From: Botryllus schlosseri
Taxonomy: Eukaryota
Assembly: GCA_051294905.1 (NCBI GenBank)
Contig: CM119372.1
Coordinates: 8,806,001-8,870,000 of the forward strand
Direction of reading: 5' to 3'
DNA: 64,000 nt
Both the position numbers and the translations under genes were made by a program. The notes under the pieces were generated by a model. It made no database searches. It was given only the letters and a program-made list of their open reading frames with translations, and was not told where the DNA came from. Numbering within the stretch: the first letter of the stretch is position 1; every line of letters starts with the position of its first letter. This document shows positions 24,535 to 52,709 of this stretch, in pieces.

Positions 24535-25305
24535 ATTGGAAAACGACTCACAGTACTGTAACTTCTACGTAAATAGACTTCCAAAAGAACGCAACCGTTC
24601 ACAGCAAAGCTGATCATTCGTAACCAATGACGCTAACGGCGGTCACGGTTGGAATAATCTGGAAAAACTACAAACATGTAGCAATGGTTTCCTCATATAC
24701 TTGATGAAATGACTAATATGAACAAACTTATGCTAAGTAGTTATTTCAGATGCGAAATATGACACCATCGAATGTCAAGTTCGGTGCTGATAGGCATTTA
24801 CCAACTCGGCAGGTTACATACAGTTCATATTACAAAACAGTCTGGTGACCGCATTTCATTATCTTACATCGGTGTTTCGAATCCAAGCACTATATACTAG
24901 TAAATCCGTCATCAACAAAACACATTGTGCAGACAGCGCATGGCAGAGGCATTGACACGTTTGCGTCAGCCAGGCCAGTTGTTAGCAAACCTGATGACGT
25001 GACCAGACCACTGAGCAATTATTTTAAACACCAGACCAGACCTACACAGATAGCATGTAATCAATCGCAGCAAGCAATATATTCATTTTTGTATTATCCT
25101 GATGTATATGCATGATGAATATTTCATATATTATTTCCAACAAGTAGTCCGTGCTTACACTGTATATTTAAATGCTTCTCGTGCTGAACTTTTCACTCCT
25201 TGCCAGAAGCTGGAGTGGAGAAGAACCTGTCGGAGTGTCGGTACATACTCCAGGTTGCTGTTGTAAGAGCATTTTTTACTATCGGTAACACGACATATCT
25301 TCACG

Positions 25306-26437
25306 ATGAGCTTATCTCCAACGCATGACGAGAATTCCAAAAGGAAATGTACAACAGTCCCGGGTGTGATGTATATTAGCATAATACCACCTGGCATGAC
25401 ACCACTTCACTTGCAGCAAATCTTCGAAAAGTATGGCGAAGTTGGTAGAATATTTCTGCAAGCAGATGGTATGCTAGTAATGGATCTCTTTTATATGACT
25501 TGAACTCGAGAGTCTTCAATTTTATTCTAGAAAAGGCTTTCAGACGAGGGAAGAAGCTGAAACCTGGTTTCAACAGAGGCAGATTTTTAGAAGGATGGGT
25601 TGAAATGGCTGACAAGCGTTTAGCAAAACGGATTGCCATGACTATGAACAATACACCTGTCGTTGAGGGGAAGAAAACAAAATCCACCGACTGCTTGTGG
25701 AACATAAAATATCTACCCAGGTAAGCATCCGTAGACTTGTTATCGCATTTGTGTATTAGCTAGGCTTCAGGATTACCGGACCATGACCTAACATCGACCT
25801 CGCCACATCATTTTATCGCTTGCGTCTTATATCCTCTGCATTACTTTTCATTCAGTGTGCATGCCTCTTTTTTACTTTGCCTAGGCTAAGGTGGGTGTCT
25901 GATATTAAAGGCTACTCCAAGTTGTTTCAACACCTTCCTATCTTTTCATTGTATCGCACGATGAAAATATTAATAAACCTGATTGATTGTGTGGTTTATT
26001 GAACTGATAACAATTGCTATTAAACCGAAAAATACAACTGCCAAAGTAACATAATGTATTGATCGCCATAATCTCTGCAGTATTGAGTTGTATTACAAAT
26101 GTTGCAATACCAATATTTACATTGAAGGTTTCGCTGGACTCACTTAGCAGAACGCCTAGCGTATGAAAAAGCAGTGAAATCTCAAAAACTGAGAACAGAG
26201 GTAATTCAAGCACGCAAAGAAGCCGATGCATTCATCACCAACGTTGAGGCGAGCAAGAAATACAGTAGCATAAAAGAGAGGAAGGAGAAGAAGGGAATTG
26301 CATTACCAGAGAACAGAAGAGTAACCAAGTTCAAGCAAAGAAAAACTGTGGAAGAGATGCGGAAAGAACGGCAAAAAAAAGGCGTCGAACCAAACCCGGA
26401 AACAAAAGCAAAGTCGTTATTGTCTAGTATATTTTAA
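25306..26437 (+). CDS. ABT1: Activator of basal transcription 1 / Esf2; exons 25306-25468, 25531-25720, 26128-26437
   Basis: PGVMYISIIPPGM ... YGEVGRIFLQ, FLEGWVEM, LWNIKYLPRFRWTHLAERLAYE; phases match. Start codon uncertain. Confidence 0.9.
25766..26005 (+). mobile_element. CR1/L2-type LINE 3' UTR fragment in ABT1 intron 2
   Basis: ggattaccggacc ... cctaggctaaggtgggtgtc ... tttcattgtatcgca, homologous to 12613-12880. Confidence 0.7.
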
Positions 26438-26872
26438 TACCAGAAAGATGGGTTGCATAAATGTTGGAAAAATGTACGGCATCAATCCATGTACTATGCC
26501 ATCACGATAACATTTTGAGTGAAACTGGCAATGAAGGAGTTGGTCGATAGCGGGAGGCGGAGGAATCGCATACAGTTGATAATGGATTTGCGACAGCTGG
26601 ATCGCCGAAGGACTATAATGCTGAGCAAACAAGTGATGTCATTGTGCAACAAGTTAATAATAAATGCTGTCTCGGGTGCACTGCAATTGGCTTTTATAAC
26701 AGGACTGAAGATGTTGTAAATCTATTATTATCTAATCAGAAAACTTGTGCTGTTGCTGGTACACTTACCAGTGTTGTTGAGATCAAGTCACTACGTTCGA
26801 GTCACGAGTCATCGCACGTTTTGACTCGAGTCATATCAATTGATTTTCGAAGGGGACTCGAGTCAAGCCGAG

Positions 26873-27128
26873 CGAGCGAGATAGTGTAATGGTTATGCGT
26901 CCGGCTTCTCGAGCGGTAGGTCGTGGGTTCGATCCCCGGCCGGGTCATACCAAAGACTCGAAAAATGGTATCCGCAGCTATCCTGCTAGGCGCTCAGCAA
27001 TCACGGATAGCATGGAGAAGAAAAAAAAAAACGGGGGCGCAGACTAGATGACCTCATGGGGCCGTATCGCAACTCCGTCGCCAAAGCATCTCGATGGTGC
27101 AGGCGAGAAAGAATATCATATCTCTCTC
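26873..27128 (+). mobile_element. tRNA-derived SINE (possibly MetaSINE-like core) inserted into a MITE
   Basis: A box tagtgtaatgg, B box ggttcgatcc, core ggtcataccaaagactcgaaaaatggtatcc...ctaggcgctcagca, (TC)n tail; approximate TSD tcaagccgag/tcaagtcgag; second copy at 56557. Superfamily assignment is from recall. Confidence 0.85.
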
Positions 27129-28076
27129 TCAAGTCGAGTCACTCGTTTTTTGGAGGTGACTCGAGTCACGTCACAAGTCGAATTAAATTTTCAAAGTATG
27201 AGTGATGAGTCAAAGTCATTACATTTCGCTAGCTGTGTGTTCTATAAGGTAACGGATAGCAAAATTTCGTACTATATATCTTCATGATTGCATCTATGGT
27301 ATATCTTGGTTGTAGGCTACTATCCAACTTTGCAGTAAGTCTCAGGATTGTCAATGATTAGCTTGGTAATTCCTATTCCATTTTCGAAGTTGGCAATATA
27401 TCGTTGCAAGCTGATCTACCAGATGCTCGACTTCGACATAACTCCGTAAATTATTGAGTCACAGCGGTGAAACTTAGTACAGGACTGGATGACAGCATCA
27501 AATATACCGTACTACATTCTGTCACTCAACCCGATATGGAACACAGTCAAAATGAACAAAGACCGATAGCGGCTTTGCCTTCGATTATTGCTGTAGATGG
27601 ATTGACAATAAAGGCATCTGGGCGTGACAGTCACGTGATTTTCGGAGTGTCCACACCACCTTTAGTACGTTGGTGCCACAGCACTAGTCAACTCATCCAA
27701 CTGCTGATTTGTGTGGACATAACTGACAATTGGCCTACTTCATAGTTACCACTAATCTACAGAAATTTGCTATTCTGAGGTTTTCCAGCAACGCATCAGC
27801 ATGGCAAACTAGAGGTTATCCAGTCGCCCAGTGATATAGAATGAAAACAGCCAGCAGGAACAAGGCGAGTACTACCCAACTAATCATCCTGTTCAGCTAC
27901 ACCGCGGTTTCAATCAGCGTAGAATCTACAACTCATTTCCCACAACTAACAAATAAGCAATAAAACCCAGCAATTCATTCTGTATCCAATTCATAAGGCT
28001 TGTAGAAAACAAACGTATGCCATATCAAAGAAGCCAAAACAGTGATCAAAAGTTCAATCGACAGCATGTGACTCTG

Positions 28077-43523
<15,447 letters not shown>

Positions 43524-43701
43524 CCCGATTTAGATTCCTTCAAGACCTCGAGCTCAGCTGAGACAAGTCTCGAAGGATTTTTCGTCGGAAGAAAACTAGA
43601 AGTCCAATGTGATAACGTCCAATTTTGCAATATTATACCATATCAACTGACAATGAACATCATTTTACACTACGACAAATTATTTGTTACCTGAAAATGC
43701 A

Positions 43702-43836
43702 TCAAAGATTTTGATGGGAATGTATCAATGTCATATCGGTGATTGCAGCACGAATGCAGCAGACACAATTTTGCAGCAAGTTCTGCACCATATCAATACT
43801 AAATCCTTTGAAAAGTGCAAGAAAAAATGCAGCCAT
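43702..43836 (-). CDS. 44-aa upstream ORF in the CHD1 5' leader (MAAFFLALFKGFSIDMVQNLLQNCVCCIRAAITDMTLIHSHQNL)
   Basis: Fills a 148-nt exon (43838-43691) bounded by tattttag| and cag|gtaac; strong context ccATGg; the next exon (from 43595) carries the CHD1 ATG. Confidence 0.75.
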   Translation of the reverse strand: MAAFFLALFKGFSIDMVQNLLQNCVCCIRAAITDMTLIHSHQNL

Positions 43837-45113
43837 GGCTAAAATATAGAAATATATCCATTTATGGAACGGAAGTGTCATGAATAAATTACAGTAACCC
43901 CGATGTGACTAGTTAACTACAGCCACATTACAGTATATACATAATTGCTGCAAAAGTACCCTGTTTTATGTTCTATAAGTATTAATTCACTGACGTTCCC
44001 TGCCAAGGTCAAATTGGGCGTGGTCGAACCGAAACGGTACATGAACATTATACAAGTGTAATATTGTAATTTTGAAAAATACTTGTTCAATAATAACAAA
44101 ATTCCGTGTGACAATGAGTGATTTTGGCTTACAATTCCTCCCCAAAACGCATAGTCAAAAAGACTATAGCAGTGGCTCAATCGATGCCCTGATACGTAAT
44201 TCAATTTCCAGTTCCTGCGTAGTTATTCACATCAATATCTATAGCTTATCAAACACTAATCATAAAGAAAACACGGGTTATCATTACCGACTAGCAACCT
44301 GACTCCAGACCACAGCGATGAAGTCAGCTCCTGGTGTGCGATCAGCAACCGTAAAAGAAAGCTTTTCTTTGCTTATTGTAAATCAATTTGATGCATTATG
44401 GGTATTAATAAAAACGTCATGCGGTACTCAGTCAACCATGCTCGATTCGCTTTTCGGCACCCTCCACCCAATGCAATGATAATATCATTGCTTCAATCAT
44501 AGCAATTTACAACGTTTTTTTCATTATATCACAATCTTGTCGTGTATTTATTTGATCAAAAATTTCATAAATGAAGATGATGATGATGAAGCCGTAGCGG
44601 GTGTAAACATTTGATTGTTTCTGATATCAAGGTAGAGAATGAGAATGCTAAGATATTTCTGATATGGTACGAAATCATACCCCAATACTAGGGTTACCAT
44701 ATGTCCTCCTTTAAGAGGATTTGTCCTCCTTTTTCAGGAAATCGAAAATACTCCGAGGACGCCTAAATGCCCTTCTTTTTGGAAATTCGTCCTCCTTTAT
44801 CGACTTTAAAAGCCAGGTTGATGGACACTGGACAGTCACATTGCACAGCGCCGTAAATGAAGTGAAATCTGCGATGCGGATGTTCAGGTGTGTCTTTCGG
44901 GAGCAATACTTGAACGATGACAGTTTTTAGTCAACCCCACAGCAGTATTGTTATGAAGTATTGGTCATTCGGGAGTCGAGCCGGAAAGATGTCCTTTTTT
45001 TCTTGGTCAACACCTCATAATTTTACGTAAAGGCCAATTCACACATGCACGATTCCCGGCCACGATTTTTGCCGTGCGGTTTTCCATCGTACGGTTATTT
45101 GCCGGCTTAACCG

Positions 45114-45620
45114 TCCGTCCTCAAGATTACCGGACCACGACGAGGCAGGAGGCATGAAACACTGATTAAAAAGTTAAAAAGATAGTATAGAAGAAGCAAG
45201 CGACATAAATGGGGTGGCATGTCACGGAAGGCGATATCGATAGGTCAGCCGTGGTCCGGTAATCTTGAGGATGGACTAGTATTCATTTAGTAGTAAGTGC
45301 TTGTATCGACTTGAATGTGGACATGCTCGTCGACTGTCGGATAGCCGGCGGGATACTGTTCCACACATCAGGTCCGGCATATTTGATGGAGCGATGATCT
45401 TTTCGGTCGATCATATGATATTTGGACGATGTGGACGCGGGGTTGTTGTACTTGGGCGCTTTTGATTCTGAGGTAAAAAAAGTCATTGAAATATTCGGGG
45501 CATCATTGTCTGATACCGAATACTGTGCATGTATATTCTCTGTACCACCATCATTGCCGTCTGTTTGGTATGTATTTTTATAGGATGACAAAAAAAATAA
45601 AGACTCTCTCTCTCTCTCTC
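45114..45620. mobile_element. CR1-type LINE 3' end (minus) abutting a second LINE tail with (TC)n (plus)
   Basis: SIKYAGPDVWNSIPPAIRQS nearly identical to the 12613 copy; 45490-45620 matches 19060-19152 and ends aataaagactctctctc. Confidence 0.75.
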
Positions 45621-46778
45621 TATGGATTTGATCAAAATAAATGATGATGACGCAGTTAATGGTTCACTAGACGAAGATTATTGCGCAATACGACTGACAG
45701 CCACAGTCACAACAAAACTGCTTCAACTTGTTTCGCGTACTCTTGTGATGATATACCATCCCGGATGCATATTCCTGCTTTGTTTGTTCAGCAGTCGGGC
45801 AATGGCGTAAGGTAAAAGATAAGTACGTTCTTATATGACGTTATGATGATTTGGCAGTTTTGAACAGCGCACTATATCGCGTAAACACGTATCCTGAGCA
45901 TTGGTATAAAATGAGTAGATTCTTATAGAGGCCAGGCTGGAATGTGGAATCCCGATAACATTGTAAACAACAAAATTAGTGAGGCAGGATGGCTTCACGT
46001 TTTGCTCACCGTGTAACACCCAGCCGATATTATGAAACCGTGAGGCAAGGTACAAGTATACGTCATAGAAACTCCTATCTCACTTAGGCAGAATTTTAGA
46101 TGAGTATAGAAGTGTTGACCCTATTGTTTTTTTTCCTTTAGTGTGCTGATAACTCCTTATAAATTGTAAGAGGCACCAGAAGTCTTTTGAGTTATAATAA
46201 ATATGTATTCTTGCAATGGATGTTATGATGAATTCAGTTATCATCTTAGAATACCGTATTGCATATAGTGGCTCATAGTGTCAAACATGACTGGCCTGTG
46301 GTTGATCTGTATTATGAAATTTAGTCATCATAATGTGTGTGGGATATGGTTTTCGATGACCACCAGCTATGTCCTCAAATTTCAGATTTGAACATTATGA
46401 CATTGGCTGTTCTGCTTACGTTACGCCACAAATAGGCTAATCTCCATGACATTCCTCCTCCCATATCTTCATCCTGACCATGTGCAGTGCATGTTGATAA
46501 ATCTGGCTAGTCAGAAGCCTGGGTGTGTCAGGAGACATCAGGTTTATATAAATAACTGACATCCAGGGGATGATATATGTTGTGTTAGATGTACAAATTA
46601 TGATCAAACTTTGCACTAAATTTTTAGTTTACTTATAGGACACATAACTATCTCCGATTGATATTTTAGTACATTTGCTATTTGTTTCTGCCTTCATAAT
46701 GAGTAGTAAAATATTGCATACTGTATTACATGCATTTCCTTGATTTTACAGCAGTGATATTTTTGTATCATATCTAAA

Positions 46779-47339
46779 ATGGTGTGCATCCCTTGTATAG
46801 TGATACCTTTTGTGCTATGGGTATATCACAAGTATCTCCAACCGTTTCTTTACCCAATTATTTCAAAATTTTGGACACCAAAACCGATCGATGAAAACAG
46901 CGCGGAAAAAACAGCAAAGGTGGGTAATGACACTCAGATTTGATAAAACTGCAATATGATAAAATTGCAATAAACATATATCTTCATACAAGTTTTCTGA
47001 CCGATTCATGAAGACCTAATATAACTAAATCAATAGGCTAAGTTGGTGCAGATTTTGTTACTGTGATAATGATAGAAACTCAATATTTAGACATTAAGCG
47101 CATGATTACCAGTGGACACCGTCTACAATTCCGTAAATTTGGCAATATGAATGTATTGTTCGTTGTAGTCCCACAAGCTATATTTCTCGAAATACTTAGG
47201 CCCGCTGTATTTATAATTTATGCATAAACTTCATACACCGCTTTGTATCCAGTGCCCGATATCTGGAAAAGAGAAAGCAACATCCAAAGAACCAAATAGT
47301 TCCACAACACCTGCATCAGCCGACAAGAAATCAGATTGA
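46779..47339 (+). CDS. C18orf32: UPF0729 protein C18orf32 homolog; exons 46779-46919 and 47253-47339; 75 aa
   Basis: MVCIPCIVIPFVLWVYHKYLQPFLYPIISKFW is the family N-terminus; phase-0 GT-AG intron; ends DKKSD (KKxx-like); AATAAA at 47466. Confidence 0.92.
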
Positions 47340-48425
47340 AGATGTCCAAAGACGAATGTTTACAGGACTGTGTGCAATCACTATATTTCCTTTGGTGACA
47401 TAAATGGCATTACTTCCGTCCCACCATGTATATATGCCCTACTACTTTGCTGATACTGCATTCAGAATAAAATCGAATTGGATAGCAACATATCCATATC
47501 CATATTACGTACATTATTTGTTTCATCCCGTCTCCTTGGACATCAATTTTTAAAATCCTATATTAGGTACCTTCAATGAAGAGTTTAGCACAAATGCTCA
47601 GGTCAGGTACGTCCGCTATCGGAGATACAGTGAAAATATCATGGTACGACAAGAATAAGAATTTAACGCTGTCCCTATTTTGAGAAATATACCTAGAATT
47701 GATTGTAATGAAGCTTTTGGAAAAGGTTCAAAAAATAGTCATGGAAAATTTACATCAAAGCAATAAAATAAGGTCATGTTTATATGTATAGTAGGCTACA
47801 TGTTGTGCTTGTATGTAAACATGGGTTATAGTTGACTACTAAAGCATGGAATAGCGATTTTGAACCACATCGCCAGGTGTAACAAACAACACATAGTTTT
47901 CTCATCTCAGATTTGCATGTGAAACATATGTATGTTTTGATATAAATAAAATGTCTTATCCATATAAATCATGTGTACAATGTTCTTTGGTATCTGTGAA
48001 TTGCATTATTCATTATATCTTAGTCAAGAGTTGGACTTTCGAAGTACGAGGCATGGTTTTTGTATATAATATTGTTAATCGAACAATGCACATATTGCTA
48101 TCAATTTTTCATCCTCTCTCAGTCCATGTGATCAGAGTTACTGGTAGAGGGAGGAGGTGACTTCAAGCACCACGACACTGCCCTGTTGATGTAGGCTAAA
48201 TTTGTTTGTTCTGACCATACAGGCAACAAATGACACGCCGAGAAATATTCTCTATTTACTAACATTCAATCTTGAAGAATGCACATGCTGATATATCGAA
48301 CAGTAAAATGGTTAGCCAACCGAATGTGGTGTTAGCTCTAGAGGAATAAGTTTATAGTAAAAACATTGCAGTCAGGTTGCTCATATTGATTCTGACTGCA
48401 TTAGTTCCAGGTACCGGACTACAAA

Positions 48426-51400
48426 CTACAAAATTGTGAGGTAACGGTGGTATACAATACCAATAGCACTAGCACAAAACCAGATAGTGCAAACCCACCA
48501 AATAAAAAAGGAAAATATACTATTCAATATAGCTGGAGAAAACACAGCAGTAACTCTTGCAAATGAAACATGGGCATTGAACGCCATGTCAAGATAAGAT
48601 GAATCATCTGTGATAATATTTAATGTACGGTGTTCAAAAACAGTCGCGGTATCGTTTCTATGGTAGTCTGTCCAGACTTGTGACCAAGAATGCCCTCCCA
48701 TACTTTTCATACAAAGTGTGAGCGAAATGACGCCTAAAATTGGGCCGGCGTACTGCAAAGCAACAATGCACAAGTATAGAAAAACACGGGAAACAGTTTG
48801 TTGCACTTCGACATTTGTTGTGTTTCCTGCCTCCTTACGCAACCGACGTAGCTTTACGTAACTCAAATTGAGGTACGCTTGAAGGTGATATCGAATGGCA
48901 GTCAGTTTCAAAACACATAGGGCGACAATAGAAATAATTCTGTTAATGTCATACTGATGATCAGTCAAAATAGGCTTCCGGCCTACGCTGTTATAGGCCG
49001 GAATTGAGCATAGAACATCACGCGAAATGGGCCTAATCCACATGAGGGATATAACAAATGGAGTACCAAAACTGATGTGCAACAGAAGAGTGACAAGTTT
49101 ATCCTTTTTCGCATATTTCAATCCGTCAACGTACATTTGAGCTGTTCGTATCCCGGGAAATGCTAAAAGCGTTGCCATAAGGCCGGCAAGTAATGAGATG
49201 AGGACTTTCAGAACTGGTAGTGAAATCAAGTTGGGACCCTCTGAACTGAAGGAAAGAAGGGTAGAATTTTCCGCAAATTTCTGGTAAGCAGAATGGAAGC
49301 CAAACTCCAGAATATCCCCGTCAAGTAGAAGACTCAACATTGCAGCGACAAAAGAGAAACATCCAAATGTTATGCAAGTTGCTAATTCCCCCGATTCCGT
49401 CTTGAAATACAGTTTCATGATTCCGTAGAGTGCTCTGTAGGTAATCATAAATTAGTGACTACCTACATTTACAAAAATATATAATCACTTACTTGCATAC
49501 GGACAACAGAACTATGCAAATCCATATCATTGAGAGGTTCAGCTCTTGTTGGGGCTTCCAAAATTCCAAGTAAGTTTCCGTGCCAATGTATACAAGCGAT
49601 GCGGATAGGCCGTAGTTTATCAACCACTCAAATTCATCGTATTTCCTGCAAAATTATGAGACTAGAAGAAACCTGGCTAGCCAGATGAGTTATCCAAATG
49701 CATGCAGAAGTGGTTGTACATTCAAAACATAGAACTGAGGCAATAAAAAAAACTTATAAGTTATAAATAAATATCTCACTGAACATTGTATGATTAGTCA
49801 AATTTGGTCTTCTTGTATCATACTGTCCAAATTATATCGGGGGAGCTGGCGTAGTTGATTAATCCAATGCCATCGGTACGATAGACTGCGGGTTGAGTCT
49901 CAGCTGTACACGTTATGATAATCTGAGCTTCTCCACCCCTGTGTCGCTGTTGCTACGGCATCTTACCAAAAGAAATGCAAAAAAAGGTCCGATAAAGGGC
50001 AAATACAAGAGAATGACAAAAGCAGAGAAGCGTCAAAAGAAATTAAGATCAAGATCGCACGCGGTTACAGTGGGCGCTAAAACTAGTAAACCCAGGTCAA
50101 GGTGGTTGTTGGATTGATAGACCAGATCTGGTCATTTTTACGTGTTCTTATCAGTTCATCACATCACATTGTCTTTTCAATTTTTTGTATTTCATTGCAC
50201 ATTGCATGTCTTGAGCGATGTAAATATAGAACTGCTAATTATGATCTTATATTTGAGACTTTTTAAATAATGCTTACGAGTTACGAATGCTCGGAGCGTG
50301 AAGCTTAATACAAGCCAGGAAGCCACATAGTTCCTTACATAATAAGGAAGTTGACAAATAAATATTACTTCCGGGAATTATAACATGATTAACAAAATAA
50401 ATGAGTAATTCTAACGAATGAGCAATATCTCAAGGAAAAAAGAGACTATAGTAAAATATACAGAGTAATTTGAAGTCTAATATAGGGCTTCAGTAATATA
50501 ACACAGGAAGTTGTCATGCTGACCCAAGATGCTGACCCTATGACACGTGAAGATATAATCAGTCGTTCTTAGGTCAGAGGAAATGAACAACTTGTGACGA
50601 AACCTATTATCCTTTGAAAGCAAGTTGAAACAACACAATGAAAAATGATAAGCTTCATATTTTATTGCAATAACATAAAGTACCCACAATCGTAAAGAGC
50701 GCTGGTTGTGTGCACTGTGACGGAAGGACTTTTTAGGCTACAAATAAAACCTTAAGTGGAGAAAATGAATGGAAAATACGGAAGATACAGAAAGAGCAAA
50801 TCTACCCGTGTTAGAAATTCGAACAGGACGAAAGAGGAAAATATCAGTTACAACTTACACAATGATAGAAGGACTGGAGTTGACAGAAGAAAGATGGGAT
50901 TCCGTGGTAAAAGGAAAATACTAAGGTTGGAATCGATGAAAAATGTATTTGCTAACTTGGCTTTAACTGATAACCCGTCAGTTTATGGGAGATCGGAAGC
51001 AAATTCAAAAAGCAATAGGAGCGAGATAAACAGCATGGACAAACGATTTGCAGCTAGAAGAATCACAAGGAGCTCCTCTCTGGGTGTCGAATCATTTATA
51101 AAACCATGCTGCGCGCAGTTGGAAGAACATACAAGCTGGCGCGGGGCAACCAGCTGCAATGTAAGAAACCATACATACAGTTACAACTGGAAACCAACAG
51201 GATCAGGGGAGATATCTCTTGCATACAGTGCAGAACAGGGAATGCATTACTGGGAAGGAACATCAACAAATCCTTCGAAGAAATGTTATATATTTGGACA
51301 TCAGAGTCAAATTTCTGGAGAGTGGCAATATGTAACTAATGTCAATGGGAATGTATATTATAAAAAAATGATGACAACACCAGATTTAATCGACTTGAAG

Positions 51401-52709
51401 AAAGATATTTCTGATCCCAGAGTATTTTATCTGGAGAATGACCGACTTCAATCTGCTGTGCAGACACATTTATATCTTTCCAAGAAACCAAGTGCTGATA
51501 ATACTAGAATGATTCTGGCCTTGAAAGACGTACGACAGTCATTGAATTGGACAATTGGATAATTGGAATGATATCTGCAATTATTTCAATGTCCAATGCT
51601 GAGAAGAATTTGCATTGTGCATGTAACATAAGACTTTGTACGTTGGAAGCAAGATGCTCCATTTTGTTGCTTATGCATAAAGATAAATTACAATGTCGAT
51701 TGACAAAGATCTGCAGATCATTGTTCAAAGTCTCTCTGACTCATGATTTTTACAAAATGTGAATAGAATAAAATTAAATACATAAGAGCAGTGGTTCATG
51801 GGGATGATATGACGAAATTCATTCAATACCCTGAAAGTATTTTTGAGCTTCACAGGATTTTTCAAGCAAGTTCACACTGGATTTTCATAAGAGTTACTGT
51901 CGCCATTCGGGAGAACAATTTCAAAAGAAAACCTTGACTTTATTTTTCAATATATTTTTTAAATAGTTAGTGTATGCAGTTATTAAAAAGAACGGTATGT
52001 GTTATTTAAATATGCTGCCAACGTTTCATAAGGCTCTCCAAGTCTTCATACACATGGTCTAATTTAGTAAGCTTTCCACTACTCCTGGATCTGAGGCTAT
52101 TCAGTGCTGAGCTGAGATTATTACAAGTGACAGACAAGCAACAAAGCTGCAAAAACCATTGCAATTGTAACTCACTCCAATGTAACTGCATCCAGAGTAG
52201 TAATATTTTCTGTGCCCAACACCATATCTGCATTCTTCGGAATCTTGAAAGTTTCATTGCGAGTTTCTGGCAACTTTGCAGAGAGTTTTTCCGTCACTTT
52301 TCGCCTATAAGAAAATGAATCGCACGGTAATAATTTAAATCGTGGATAGGACATATGCCAGACTGGAATTGGTGGCAAACGTCACGCGCAACTTTCCATT
52401 TAATTCCTTAATTATTCTATGGAAGAAACCCTTCTATCACACGCAACTTATTGCCGAAAACAACCACTAATTCCAGTCTGGGACTTATGTAATTTACTTT
52501 TTTGCAGCATTCTTCTCTTTTTTGTGTCCCCGTTTTTCATTGGAATCCTTGCCTATCAGTTTTTTCAAATACTCATTACTCGGATGAAGAAACCGGTACA
52601 GAGACCCATTGCATAATATCCATCGTCCCAGGGAGTAAATGGGAAAGATTTTTTGCATAAATGTAGCCGCAATCAAGGTGAAGCATAGTTGAAAACCAAA
52701 TATCGCCAT
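48426..52709 (-). CDS. TMEM161: Transmembrane protein 161; exons 52709-52498, 52304-52176, 49645-49493, 49434-48426
   Basis: MAIFGFQLCFTLIAATFMQK..SLGRWILCNGSLYRFLHPS; ETFKIPK; EFEWLINY; LAFPGIRTAQM; HLQAYLN; RVFLYLCIVALQY; all introns phase 2, GT-AG. Confidence 0.93.
50765..51562 (+). CDS. Intronless 265-aa ORF nested antisense in TMEM161 intron 2; basic N-terminus, putative IL-1-like beta-trefoil C-terminus
   Basis: 798-nt ORF in AT-rich DNA, upstream acceptor-like ttttag at 50731-50736, AATAAA at 51767, no TE motifs. Fold assignment is an inference from motif order. Confidence 0.7.
   Translation: MNGKYGRYRKSKSTRVRNSNRTKEENISYNLHNDRRTGVDRRKMGFRGKRKILRLESMKNVFANLALTDNPSVYGRSEANSKSNRSEINSMDKRFAARRITRSSSLGVESFIKPCCAQLEEHTSWRGATSCNVRNHTYSYNWKPTGSGEISLAYSAEQGMHYWEGTSTNPSKKCYIFGHQSQISGEWQYVTNVNGNVYYKKMMTTPDLIDLKKDISDPRVFYLENDRLQSAVQTHLYLSKKPSADNTRMILALKDVRQSLNWTIG

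Noticed and set aside
26873..26950. tRNA gene (also 56557 and 5310-5390)
   Set aside because: A and B boxes are present, but acceptor stems do not pair and each continues into a SINE body.
43685..43700. Recursive splice site (ttttcag|gtaac on the minus strand)
   Set aside because: Better explained as the normal donor of the uORF exon in a 95-nt intron.
45840..45900. Box C/D snoRNA (ATGATGA...CTGA)
   Set aside because: Only ~55 nt between boxes, with no terminal stem or recognisable rRNA guide.
49893..50117. Small basic ORF in the TMEM161 intron
   Set aside because: No ATG until late and no recognisable family; the upstream in-frame stop at 50753 blocks simple joining to the 50765 ORF.
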